64,000 bases of DNA from an uncultured archaeon (GCA_963782915.1 CAWALK010000001.1:32001-96000), one strand, 5' to 3'. Shown: positions 42,701 to 53,028, counted from the stretch's first letter. Program-made: numbers and translations. Notes: a model not told the origin generated them from the sequence alone.

Positions 42701-45525
42701 AAGGTTGAACCGCAAAACTACAAGCAACTAATCCAAGACCTCAAAAACAGCGAGGACATCCGCAAAAAAGAAGCGCAGATAGTCGGCGAAAAAGTGCAGC
42801 TTCAAGAGAAATATGGCAGCCGCTTCCAAGAGTTAGAAACTAACTGGCAAGACATCGTGTCCGTGCTTGAATGGGTACAGACATGTGCAGGGCGCATTTC
42901 GGCGATATTCCTGTGCCTGAAGCTTACGCTGAAATTGCAGCAAAAGGACCCAGTGCAGCACCATCAAACACTGAGTTGGTTGCCAAACGTGACGCCTCAC
43001 TAAAGGTGCTGGCAGATTTCGCTAAGCGCTTTGACTCTGAGATGCGTTATCAAAACCAGAAGCTCACAGACTGTGAAGTCAAAGTAATCGAAGAACGCAT
43101 AAAAGCCCTACGCGACCGCGTGGACGACTTGCAAGTTTGGATTGACTACAAAGACGCCAAAAACCGCTTTGCACTACGAGGACTTAGACCCATTCTTCAG
43201 GCGCTTGGTAGAGCAGAAGATGCCGGCAGCCGATTTGGTGCCGGTTTTCCGCAAGAGCGTTTATCAGGAATGGATAAACAACCTTTACAACGAAGACCAA
43301 AAACTCGGCAGATTCCGCCGCGAAAACCATGAACAACTAATCACAGACTTCAAGAAGCTTGACCAAGAACTAATCCGCCTCACATCAGGCATGGTAATTG
43401 ACGCCGCCAACGGACAGAAAACCACAAGACATCCTCATCCAAGCCGCAGACACCGAAGCCAGCATACTCTCCAAAGAAGCAGCCAAAAAACGCCGCCTAA
43501 TGCCCATACGCACCTTAATGCAGAAAATCCCCAACTTACTGGTCAAACTAAAACCCTGCCTACTCATGAGCCCAATCTCCGTCAGCCAATTCCTGCCTCC
43601 AGAAATGAAGTTTGACTTAGTCCTCTTCGACGAAGCCTCACAACTGGTCCCAGAAGACGCCATAGGCGCCATCTACCGAGGAAAAACCATCGTAGTCGCA
43701 GGCGACAACAAACAGCTACCGCCAACCTCATTCTTCCAGAAGAACCTGCTTGACGACACCGACTGGGATGAACTCAACGACGAGGACATCGAAGTCTTCG
43801 ACAGCATCCTCGATGAATGCTTAGGCATTGGGTTACCAGTAAAAACGTTGAAGTGGCACTACCGAAGCAGGCATGAAGGCTTAATCGCCTTTTCGAATCA
43901 ACGCTTCTACGACGGCGCCATGATAACTTTCCCCGCAGCAAAGGCAGAAACCGAGAACTTAGGCGTTAAACTCGTCCATGTAGCCGACGGTGTCTATGAC
44001 CGCGGCGGCAAACGAGACAACCCCATCGAAGCCCAAAAAGTCGCCGACTTAGTCTTTGAACACTTCAAAAACTACCCCAAGAAAACCCTCGGAGTAGTCA
44101 CCTTTAGCATTGCACAGATGGATGCCGTACAAGAAGCAATCGACCAACGCCTCGAAACACAGCCAGAATTTGCCCCGTTCTTCAAGGAAGACCGCATCGA
44201 CGGCTTCTTCATCAAAAACCTCGAAAACGTGCAGGGAGACGAACGCGACGTCATATTCTTCAGCGTCGGCTACGGATACGACCAAAACAAACAAATCACC
44301 ATGAACTTTGGTCCACTCAACAAACCCGGCGGTGAACGCAGATTAAACGTGGCAGTTACCCGCGCCCGAGAAAAAGTCGCCCTAATCACCTCCATAAAGG
44401 GCTCAGATGTTGACCCAGACACCCAAGCACTCGGCGTCCAAACCCTACGGACATATCTTGACTATGCTGAACATGGCACAGATTACCTTAAAAGCGGTAA
44501 ATGCAAAGAAGGCACCTTCGACTCAGCGCTCGACGAAGACGTCGCCAACGAAATCAAAAAACTCGGCTACCAAATCATCCCCGAAGTCGGCTGCAGCGGC
44601 TACAAAATCGACATAGGCGTCGTAGACCCAGTTAACAAAGGCTGCTACATCTTGGGTGTAGAATGCGACGGCGCAACCTACCAATCAAGCAGTAGCGCAC
44701 GCGACCGGGATCGTCTGCGCGAACAAGTGCTTAAGCAGCTGGGTTGGCGTGTGCACCGCATCTGGGCACCCGCTTGGGTTGCAAGACGCGACAGCGAAAT
44801 CCGCCGCTTACAAGAAGCCCTCGAACAAGCCAGCAAACAGCAAATCGAAAAAGACTCCCAAAAACCCGCCACTGCACCCATCACTGATGTGCAAAAGAAC
44901 AACTTTGGCGGCATCGAAAAACTAGCCGTACCATACAAAATCTACCCCCTAAAAGCCACCTACAACCCCTACATCAAAGTAGCAAACGGCAAATCAACCG
45001 TTGACTCTAAAACCAAAAACGAATTCCATTTCCCAGAAAACCGCGAAAACCAAACCAAAATGCTTATCGGACCTCATAGCTAACGAAGGCCCCGTACACT
45101 TTGACTATGCCGTTGAACGCTTAGCCGCAACATGGAACATAAAACAGTCTACACCAAAAATTTCGCATGCAGTCAAAGAAGCCCTAAACAAACTCATCCG
45201 CGAACAAAAAGTAACCCTCAAAGGCAGCTTCCTATGGCCAACTGGACTCAAAGAAACCCCCATTCGCATCCCAATGCAAGGCATGCCTGAATCCAAACGC
45301 AAAGCACAATACATTGCACCCGAAGAAGTAGAATCTGCCATGAAACTAGTCGCGCAATATGCACTGGGCATAAGTGAAGAGTCAATGATTGCTGAAACCG
45401 CTAAAGTCTTCGGCATAAACCACTCCGGCGAAGATGCAAAAGTTGTGTTCTCTGAAGTGCTCAAGCGGCTGATAAGAGAGCGAAAACTCGTCTGTAGAGA
45501 CGACGGCGTAATCACCGCCGCCTAA
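39790..45525 (+). CDS. DUF4011 - SF1 (UPF1-like) helicase - REase/Vsr-like - DUF3320 protein, Hhe-like (several indels)
   Basis: W..RLIDLSKKNNLL, LGLFSFQKLVIYKDL, DADSSQ, GPPGTGKSQTIAN, LMSPISV, FDEASQ, GDNKQLPPT, WHYRS, VQGDERD, RRLNVAVTRAR, IDIGV..ECDG, EGPVH. Confidence 0.9.
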
Positions 45526-45532
45526 TTCTCTT

Positions 45533-46213
45533 TTAGTTTTTGTCTAATTTTTTTATTAAAACCGGCAAATCAACTAATGAAGTTATCAAGTAGTTTGCGC
45601 CGTGTACCGTGAGCTGTTTCTGTGTTGCGATGCCTGTTGGTAATCCGACTGCGATGGCTTTTAGGTCTTTGGCACTCTGCATATCCGCGATGCTGTCGCC
45701 GACGATGACGGTGGTGGCGGATGTTGCGCCTAAAGTTTTTAGCGCCAACTCATACTGCTCCGTATCCGGTTTAACATGTTTTACTTTGTCTCGGGGAACC
45801 ACAACTTGGAAGTAATCGAAAATTCTGAAGCGCTGCAGGATATAGCTGGCGGCTGTTTCGCTACTGGTAGTGCATAACCCCAGTTTTAACTTCATCCTTT
45901 TAAGTTCTTTGAGCGTCTCAACTGCGCCTGATTGAAGGCTTGTGACAACGGCTGCTTCCATCTCATATTTTTCTGCGATGGCTAAGCTATGCGAGCGGGC
46001 TTCGTTGAAGGCTTGGGCTGGTTTGCCGCTGTTCTGGAAGAAAATCTCTGTTTTCTGCATCATGTCAAAGATGCTTTCGTTAACGCTTAGAACGGATGCG
46101 GGAACGCCTATGTGTATTAGGTATTCTTTGACTTCGCCTCGTAGTGCCTTGTAGTCTAGGTTGAATGCTGCGAGTGTTCCGTCTAAATCGAATATAACTG
46201 CTTCAATCGGCAT
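45533..46213 (-). CDS. HAD-superfamily hydrolase (phosphoglycolate phosphatase-like)
   Basis: FDLDGTL, CTT, KP, VGDS..D. Confidence 0.9.
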   Translation of the reverse strand: MPIEAVIFDLDGTLAAFNLDYKALRGEVKEYLIHIGVPASVLSVNESIFDMMQKTEIFFQNSGKPAQAFNEARSHSLAIAEKYEMEAAVVTSLQSGAVETLKELKRMKLKLGLCTTSSETAASYILQRFRIFDYFQVVVPRDKVKHVKPDTEQYELALKTLGATSATTVIVGDSIADMQSAKDLKAIAVGLPTGIATQKQLTVHGANYLITSLVDLPVLIKKLDKN

Positions 46214-46312
46214 AACCTCTATCTCTCCTTGGTCTATGGTTTTGCAGGTTGGGGTTTACACTTCTCATGCCAAGATATACTTTGCGGTTAAACCCTCAAT
46301 TCATCCAAGAAA

Positions 46313-47368
46313 TTATTTTGGAGGGTTGTGTTCCTCACTTTCGTTGTGTTTGAGTGTAAATTGGTATTTGGTGTTTCCCTCAATCACATAGAGGTTGTCT
46401 TCAGTTTGGTTTTTCACGTGCAGTATGGGTCTAACTAGGGTTTCTGCGGCTTTAGCCAATTCCGCTATATTTGTAACTTTGATGGTGGTGGTTGCGGTGT
46501 CGGTGTTTTCGGTTGCTTCAACGATTAGATGCCGATATGGCTGAAGAAGCTTCTCAGAAGACGGTGTAGCTGGGGTGACGAGTTTTTGTTTTTTAAAAGT
46601 TAAAGCCATATAACCTAAACCAACCAAAGAACCAGCGACGAGTACATAGCTTGCATATTGCTGGTTGATTACGTCTTGGTTAGCTACGGTTTGTTCTTGT
46701 GTTAAGCTGCCTCTGCTTGTCTGCGTGAGAGGTTCAATTTGGATTATGTCTCCTTGAGCTGTGTGGGTGGCGTTGACTATTAGGGTAGGCTGGAAAATTT
46801 GGTGGATGGCGCCCGTGGTTGTTTTAGCTTCAATTTGGATGGTCGGTGTAATTTCTAGGACATAGTATGGTTGTGAACTTGAAAAATAGTTGCCTGAGCT
46901 TACCCCTGTCTCAGTATCTATCTGTGATTTGGTCTGCTCGATTTCTTGCCGAATAAAACTGGGGATACTCACCTCAATAGTGGTGGAGTCGGTTGTTGTT
47001 GGTTGGGTTGAATATAAGGGATGTTGCCAAGCATCAGTCTTCAGTACACCTTCTAAATTGTAGGTAATGGTTGGTGAGGCAGATGTGGTTGAGTTGAAGC
47101 TGTACGTTAAGGCGAAATCTATTTTGTCCGTTAACTTCGTGTATACGGCACCATCCAGTGGCTTAAGCGTCTCTTTATCGCCATAAACAGTGCTTACTTT
47201 AACGTATGCAGTATAATCAAAACTGGCGGCGCTTGTGTAGGTGCCCACCGTTTTAGTTATTCTCTCTATAGATGGGGCTTGCTGGAGAGAAACAACCGTT
47301 ACCGCAGCAACAAGCGTTAACACTACAAAAAAGGTTGTTAACCAAAAGTTACGTTGTGGAAGCTTCAT
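46313..47368 (-). CDS. DUF5305-like membrane-anchored protein
   Basis: N-terminal TM, beta-rich extracellular domain, second TM, cytoplasmic ELAKAAE..RPILH..YVIEG..Y. Confidence 0.7.
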   Translation of the reverse strand: MKLPQRNFWLTTFFVVLTLVAAVTVVSLQQAPSIERITKTVGTYTSAASFDYTAYVKVSTVYGDKETLKPLDGAVYTKLTDKIDFALTYSFNSTTSASPTITYNLEGVLKTDAWQHPLYSTQPTTTDSTTIEVSIPSFIRQEIEQTKSQIDTETGVSSGNYFSSSQPYYVLEITPTIQIEAKTTTGAIHQIFQPTLIVNATHTAQGDIIQIEPLTQTSRGSLTQEQTVANQDVINQQYASYVLVAGSLVGLGYMALTFKKQKLVTPATPSSEKLLQPYRHLIVEATENTDTATTTIKVTNIAELAKAAETLVRPILHVKNQTEDNLYVIEGNTKYQFTLKHNESEEHNPPK

Positions 47369-47451
47369 TTTCTCCTTAACTCCACATAATATTTAGCGCT
47401 TTCTTCTGCCTTAATAGCTTTTTGCATAAAATTTCACCAGTTAATATAATC

Positions 47452-47921
47452 TTATTTTTGGGTTGCAATATTTTTTACTTCAAAACTGTATTGACGATTT
47501 TCTTGGGCAGCCACAAGAACATGCACTGTTGTTGTGCCCTGTATGGTGTTTCCCGGCTGCAGAACGTGCCTCTGTGGTTGGTAGAGGTGACTTCAAGAGC
47601 CCAAGGTGCGGGGTTACTTATTGTTGGCGCATAGAATTGGACAGCTCGGTTGCCCGTATTCTTTATAGTATATTTTATTGCGGCTTGATAGTTTGGGTAA
47701 GCGTTTGTGATTTTGACGTTTATTGTGTTGTGGTCGGGTGTTATCTGGGCTTTTATGGTGGCTGTGTTGTGTATTTGCTCATTATCTTGAACGGATACTG
47801 CGACGAATTCGATGTTGAGACATTGGGGCTGCGGGTTTATGGTTTGGCAGGCATAGGAAAAACTTGTTGTTAGAGAGGCAACAAAAAATATTGTTATGAG
47901 TGTTAAAATTTTTGTTTTCAT
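47452..47921 (-). CDS. Secreted TasA-like paralog (minor subunit candidate); indel near the C-terminus
   Basis: Signal peptide; ITNAYPNY..IKYTIKNTGN matches the core of 49329-49853. The corrected tail reads LQPGNTIQG..AAQENRQYSFEV. Confidence 0.6.
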
Positions 47922-49231
47922 GGTTCACTTTTTCTCCAGCCTTTAATATTCAACGTAACCGCAACTGCGAGCACAACCAAAACTAACGGAGCAGTCAAAT
48001 AGACGCCGCTCGAAGTCAACCAACCAAATCCCGCCGATAAAGCCTGAGGTAACATCAACGTCACATTATACAGGATTGCACCAGCATTTTTTAGCCAAAT
48101 ACTCACCCAACCCAACATGGGAATATTGAAGGCCTCTTTACCAATCACTTGAGCTTCACCCACGGGGTTCGGATCAGCAGCGCCGTTGGCATCCCCTTTA
48201 GTAACAAAAAACGTTTGCCCCCCTTCACTGTACTTATCGATTACACGATGAATAACAGGTTCATTTGCCCCACGATACTGAACAATATCCCCAACCTGAA
48301 TGTCAGCGGGTTTGCAGTGCACAACAATCGCCATGTCACCAACGTTCAAGTTAGGCTGCATGCTTCCGCTGGCAACTACGCTGGGCTGAAAACCAAGTAA
48401 ACCACTACTACCCCACATCAAAACCAACGCCACCAAAGCAATGCCTATCCAGCCAAACGGAAACTTTTCTCTCTTTTGCCGTTTTTGAGTGGCTTCTTTT
48501 ACATTTAGCAAGCCATGATGCAGTAGCTGTGCCGGTTTTGTGGTTTGGTTTATCAACATAAAACCGCAGACGGGGACAAATATGCCGACTAAGGCTTGAA
48601 TAGTCCAATCCGGATTGGGCAAGATGGGGGAGAACCACTCGAAACCCTGCAAGGTCCCCGTGTATGTTAACGATGCAAATGGACCGCCCAACAGTGCAAG
48701 TAAGGTGGCGAGTAAGCTTGAGGCGATTGTAGGCAAGAAGCTGCCACCGAAAAACTTGACGGTTTCTGCTGGTTCACCCAATCTAAGATATTGTGCTGGC
48801 AAAAACGCTATAAAAGCGAAGAGTAAAGCGACGAGGATTAAACCTAAAAACTTTCTTTGCTTTGGAAATGCTCTTATGATTTGAGCACGCGCCAGTTCTG
48901 TGCCAAGCAGCGTCGAAGCAAAAAACAAAATATTTAATGCTGAAACCCCCGAAGTATAGGGGCTCCTTCCAAAAACGGTAAAGATCGCTATGAAAACAAG
49001 TAGCATAAGCTGAGTTGTTGCCAAAATTATGGCTAATAGGGTTGTATTTTTACTGAATGACCCTTTAATCTCGGATAGTGTGTATGTTTTGATGGAGATT
49101 ACTGCTAAAATTATCCAGCAAATCGATGGAACAACATATGCCCAAATACCTGCGAAGCTGGATAGACCCAGAAATAAGTAAACGATAATTAAAGTGAAAA
49201 AAGGCAATATTGCTTTTTGAGTTTCAAGCAA
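47918..49231 (-). CDS. sipW: SipW/SEC11-type (S26B) signal peptidase fused to an N-terminal multi-TM domain
   Basis: VVASGSMQP.LNVGD, VIHRV (Ser-His type), TKGDAN..DP, preceded by ~7 TMs. Confidence 0.85.
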   Translation of the reverse strand: MLETQKAILPFFTLIIVYLFLGLSSFAGIWAYVVPSICWIILAVISIKTYTLSEIKGSFSKNTTLLAIILATTQLMLLVFIAIFTVFGRSPYTSGVSALNILFFASTLLGTELARAQIIRAFPKQRKFLGLILVALLFAFIAFLPAQYLRLGEPAETVKFFGGSFLPTIASSLLATLLALLGGPFASLTYTGTLQGFEWFSPILPNPDWTIQALVGIFVPVCGFMLINQTTKPAQLLHHGLLNVKEATQKRQKREKFPFGWIGIALVALVLMWGSSGLLGFQPSVVASGSMQPNLNVGDMAIVVHCKPADIQVGDIVQYRGANEPVIHRVIDKYSEGGQTFFVTKGDANGAADPNPVGEAQVIGKEAFNIPMLGWVSIWLKNAGAILYNVTLMLPQALSAGFGWLTSSGVYLTAPLVLVVLAVAVTLNIKGWRKSEP

Positions 49232-49254
49232 TCCATATCACTTGAGGGTTATTA

Positions 49255-49297
49255 TTTTTAAAAAAGAAGAGGTGGTGGCGCATTTTCTTTGAGCGCC
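49255..49297 (-). terminator. Intra-operon hairpin plus oligo-T
   Basis: Minus strand ggcgc-N11-gcgcc followed by ctcttcttttt, just after the major-subunit gene. Confidence 0.45.
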
Positions 49298-49328
49298 TGA
49301 CTTTTTAAACTATTTTGGGCTCACTATT

Positions 49329-49853
49329 TTATGGTGCAATGCCGAAGCTGTAGGTATCAACGATTTGGTAGACCTTGTTTACGTCATTTAATGTTGAGTC
49401 GCCAAAGGTTATGGTCAGCGTAAATGTCTGAGAACCGCCTGCGCTAATAACGTCACCAACAGTTGGGGGGTTGCTGCCGCCGTATGCAACAGTAACATCT
49501 GAAGCTGAACCACCAATCGGTGGACTAACAATTGTGTTTACGCTGTTGATTATGGCTGGTAGTGTTCCTTCATTGTGTAGGGTGACTGCTACGGTTAATG
49601 AGTATCCTCCGAAAACATTGTTAGCGATTACTGTTACAAAGTTGTTGTCTGAGGGATTAGAGCCTGGGCCAACAGTTGGGGTAACCCATTGGCTGTTGTC
49701 GCTTTGTAGAGTGCCGCTGACTGCCATATCAAATTTACCTGTCATAGCCACCGTTGCCACGGTGTTTTGATCTGTCCATGCTGCATATGCTGTTCCCGCT
49801 ACGGCGATTGCCATAACGAAAATTGCGAATAGAGCCATTATTTTTGTTTTCAT
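49329..49853 (-). CDS. TasA/CalY/AbpA-like protein with SipW-class signal peptide
   Basis: MKTK-hydrophobic-GTAYA|AWTD..VAMTGKFD, later N..GGY..LHNEGTLP; strong SD AAGGAG. Confidence 0.75.
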   Translation of the reverse strand: MKTKIMALFAIFVMAIAVAGTAYAAWTDQNTVATVAMTGKFDMAVSGTLQSDNSQWVTPTVGPGSNPSDNNFVTVIANNVFGGYSLTVAVTLHNEGTLPAIINSVNTIVSPPIGGSASDVTVAYGGSNPPTVGDVISAGGSQTFTLTITFGDSTLNDVNKVYQIVDTYSFGIAP

Positions 49854-50099
49854 AAAATTTTGTATCTCCTTTCTTATTGTTTGGGGTTGTTTAGCGTGCG
49901 CCTCACTCGGCACGAGGTAAGAAAACGTTTTCTTGCCTAACTTTTCTCTATTTTTGTTATTAATAAATACCAAAGGACGAGGTAGTTTGTTAAAATTAAA
50001 TAATTATTGCCAAAATTGTGTATTTTTAATCAGGTTTTGTTTTTGCTAGCCATTAACCGCTAAAATCCCTAACTAAACCCTTGCTAAACAATCAATCGC

Positions 50100-50363
50100 T
50101 CAAGTACTGGGCGATCTCAAATCAACATCAGCATAATAACTCTTCAAAAACTTCAACCCCAAAGGTGTAGTACGGTAAATTACGTTCTTTCCCTTTTTCT
50201 CTTTCGCCAACAAACCCGTTTTTAGTAGCCATTCTAAGTAATCGTTTACCCGTAAACTATTCAAATTGGCGCGGTAAACAACTCGGGTCTTGTTTTCACT
50301 ATGCAAACAAACCCTCAAGATGTCCTTGGAGATTTCAAAACCGTTGCGGCGTTTAATACCCAA
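50100..50363 (-). CDS. Winged-helix transcriptional regulator (HTH_45-like)
   Basis: RRN.FEI..DIL, KTRVVYRANLN, YL..L, YRTTPLG..FL. Confidence 0.85.
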   Translation of the reverse strand: MGIKRRNGFEISKDILRVCLHSENKTRVVYRANLNSLRVNDYLEWLLKTGLLAKEKKGKNVIYRTTPLGLKFLKSYYADVDLRSPST

Positions 50364-50552
50364 ACGGCTTCCTCCAAAAAAAACTAAACAAAAAACGGCC
50401 TCCTCTTGCCCTCTAAGGGCAAACTCCCCAGTAAAACTGCCTGTATAACCATTGGTTTAAGGCAGATAAATCTTTTCATGTACACGATAAATAGTCTAAA
50501 ATTGACTAAAACGCCACAGAACAAAGGAAGCATATTTGGGTACCACCCAAGG

Positions 50553-51524
50553 CTATTTTTTAATAACCACTTTGAGCGCTTTCTCAGCCGGATTATCCAT
50601 TGTTTCAAGGGCTTTCTCGAATTCTTCAAACTTAAATCGATGGGTTATAAGCTCCCGCACATCAACCAGACGCCTTGCAATCAACTCAACCGCAGCTGGA
50701 TACTCAACAGGTGAAATATACATCGTAAAAAATTGTGCTTCATCAGCATCTTCCAAATTCAAGTAGCCTTTGGATTCGCCGATGAGCGCTACTTTGCCGG
50801 CTTTGCGGACAAGAAACGGCGTCTGTTCCACTGTCTGGATGGTTCCAGCGGCTTCTATGACAAAGTCTGAGCCCATTTTGGTTAGTTTGCGGACAGTTTT
50901 TGGTACGTCCTCTTTTTTGGCGTTTATCACTGCATCTGCCCCATACTTCTCCGAAAGCTCCAACCTGTAATCTTCCACGTCTACAGCTATGACTCGGCAG
51001 CCCTTCATCAATGCAACCTGCGTCATCAGCAACCCAATAGCGCCCTGCCCAACAACCGTGACCCAATCGCCTAAATTAGGTTTCAAATGATTAAGCACCC
51101 GAAGCGCCAAAGCAACCGGCTCCACAACCGCCGCTTCCTCATCACTCACACTATCGGGTACAGGAATCAGGCTCCGGGGCAGCATCGCTTTGGATTCAGC
51201 AAAAAAGCCATCTCGCGTTAAACCATAAAATTTGCCCCTAATGCAGTAAGTCGGCAATCCCCGTAGGCAATAGTAGCAGTGCCCACAATTCACCACGGGA
51301 ACCATAACTACGCGTTCGCCGGTGTCTTCGCGGATTCCGCAGGCGTCATGTCCGATGATTCTGCCTTTTTTCATCCATTTCCAGTCGCCACGGTAAAGAT
51401 GCATGTCTGTGCCGCAGATGCTTCCAGCCTTAAAATTGACAGGCACCCTGTTTCCTTTGACTTCTGGTTCGGGGACTTCTTCGATTTTAATATGGTGTGC
51501 TCCTCGATAGATGGCGGCTTTCAA
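50553..51524 (-). CDS. Zn-dependent medium-chain dehydrogenase (threonine/sorbitol DH-like)
   Basis: ICGTD.H, GHD, CGHCYYC..C, VEP, GQGAIG. Confidence 0.9.
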   Translation of the reverse strand: MKAAIYRGAHHIKIEEVPEPEVKGNRVPVNFKAGSICGTDMHLYRGDWKWMKKGRIIGHDACGIREDTGERVVMVPVVNCGHCYYCLRGLPTYCIRGKFYGLTRDGFFAESKAMLPRSLIPVPDSVSDEEAAVVEPVALALRVLNHLKPNLGDWVTVVGQGAIGLLMTQVALMKGCRVIAVDVEDYRLELSEKYGADAVINAKKEDVPKTVRKLTKMGSDFVIEAAGTIQTVEQTPFLVRKAGKVALIGESKGYLNLEDADEAQFFTMYISPVEYPAAVELIARRLVDVRELITHRFKFEEFEKALETMDNPAEKALKVVIKK

Positions 51525-51619
51525 AAATATCCCTAATAGTTAGGCTGTGATGGGCGGATTTATGTTTACTGTTTTTATCCAAGTTCCACCCTAATAGGCA
51601 AGTTGCGGGATGAAGTGTT

Positions 51620-51857
51620 ATGAATTTAGATGACTACTCTAAAGAAAAACTCTACCAATTGCTGGTGGAAGCTGTTCATGCCTCCGTTATGTATCCAACC
51701 CATAAAGCTTACACCCGCGACACAATTTTACCCTCAAAAGGCGATGTTTCGGCGGTTGAGCTTGCAGAAAGGCTTGGGTATGCCGCTTGGGGAAGCATTG
51801 GTTATTCTCGAAGAGTTGGCAGAAGCAAAAAAAGCCCAAGCTGCTCAACCTAAATAA
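51620..51857 (+). CDS. Small HTH-like hypothetical protein (one indel)
   Basis: Joined frames give ..VSAVELAERLGMPLGEALVILEEL.. Confidence 0.6.
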
Positions 51858-51869
51858 TGCCTGCTGTTA

Positions 51870-51982
51870 GCAGAAAGTCTCACAACCGGCATGCAACAAA
51901 AATCAGACGCAGCCACCAAAAAGTAAGCTTTAGCCGTTTCTGTTGGTTGTTGTTGTGTATAGGGTTTTTTCGGCAACAACAC
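51870..51982. repeat. Dispersed repeat family B
   Basis: ggttgttgttgtgtatagggttttttcggcaacaacac is nearly identical to 29161-29198. Confidence 0.8.
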
Positions 51983-52061
51983 ACTGTAGTAAAAACGCTC
52001 AAGCTAGATTAACAATTGATTTATAAAATAAAGTTAAATTAAGAAAAGAAGAAGTGATTGC

Positions 52062-52631
52062 TTATTCGACCACATAACGATATGTTATGTGTTCGCCTGC
52101 AGTCTGGCTTTTCCTCGTAATTTTAAGGACATCGCCGGGTTGTGCACCGATGGCTTTGACTGCTGGATCACCTGATTTAATCTGCGGCATCTGATATGGC
52201 TTAACTTTGAATTCCGATAGTAGAGTGTTCTTTTCTTTCTCGTTCAGAATTTCGTGGAATGGAACGAGTGCATGCTCGAATATGTCAAACACTGGGAACG
52301 ATTTTGGAAGCAACTCTACATTCTTCTTTTTTGCGCCCAATTTGACTGCGTGGGTATATCGTCCTTCTGTGACAACGATGGCGCGTTCCATCTCTTTTTC
52401 CTTCATAACCTTGTAGAGAGTGTTCATGGCTGCAATGCCGACGGTGGCTTCTCCAAGGATACACCAAACTATGGCTTGTTCCTTGTCTTGTGGAATGTCG
52501 ATGATGTAGGCATAGGCGCCTTCATACTTCTGTTTTTCTACAAGTTTATATTTTCTTAGTTTGATGAGGACTTCAGCTTTTCGTTCCTCAATTGTTAGTT
52601 TTATAGTAGTACTCAAACCACAAACCCTCAA
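52062..52631 (-). CDS. rpoH: RNA polymerase subunit Rpo5/RpoH with RPB5-like N-terminal domain
   Basis: C-terminal HALVPFHEIL, MPQIKSGDP, GDVLKITRKSQTAG..YRYV, plus a ~105-aa N-terminal domain in frame. Start is TTG 52616 or 52631. Confidence 0.93.
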   Translation of the reverse strand: MRVCGLSTTIKLTIEERKAEVLIKLRKYKLVEKQKYEGAYAYIIDIPQDKEQAIVWCILGEATVGIAAMNTLYKVMKEKEMERAIVVTEGRYTHAVKLGAKKKNVELLPKSFPVFDIFEHALVPFHEILNEKEKNTLLSEFKVKPYQMPQIKSGDPAVKAIGAQPGDVLKITRKSQTAGEHITYRYVVE

Positions 52632-52781
52632 AGATAGAATACTCGGAACCTAAAAGAAACATTTGCCCTTAAACTTTTCTCTTTAAAAAAGGGGTGAAGA
52701 TAAAGAAAACTGCCTAAACAGCGGTTTTTAGGCTAATCGCTATTGTTTACGGTTTTATGTAAGAGAATTTGGTTTGTGGCT

Positions 52782-52970
52782 TTAGATGTCTTCTTCGTCG
52801 GTTTCGTTTAGTTTATGCTTCATGTGACCAATCTTTTCTTCGGCTTTACCCTCGGTTTTCTCCAGCTTGCCCTTCGCTTGCATCTTTCGATTATCTGTTA
52901 ATATGCCTGCCGCTTCACGGAGTTCTCCTTTAACCTGTTTAGCTGCACCTTTTTCTTCTTCGTGAGACAT
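52782..52970 (-). CDS. CsbD-like stress protein
   Basis: KG..KQVKG.LREAAG.LTDN..MQAKGK.EK.EGKA.EK.G. Confidence 0.8.
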   Translation of the reverse strand: MSHEEEKGAAKQVKGELREAAGILTDNRKMQAKGKLEKTEGKAEEKIGHMKHKLNETDEEDI

Positions 52971-53028
52971 ACCCAAGATATGTCCTTGCAGATATAGAAA
53001 AATAATGGCAACAAAGCCCGTCATGCAG

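Noticed and set aside
49890-49920. GC-rich mini-hairpin in the leader of the TasA-like gene
   Set aside because: Stems are only 4-5 bp and show no riboswitch consensus; too weak to call.
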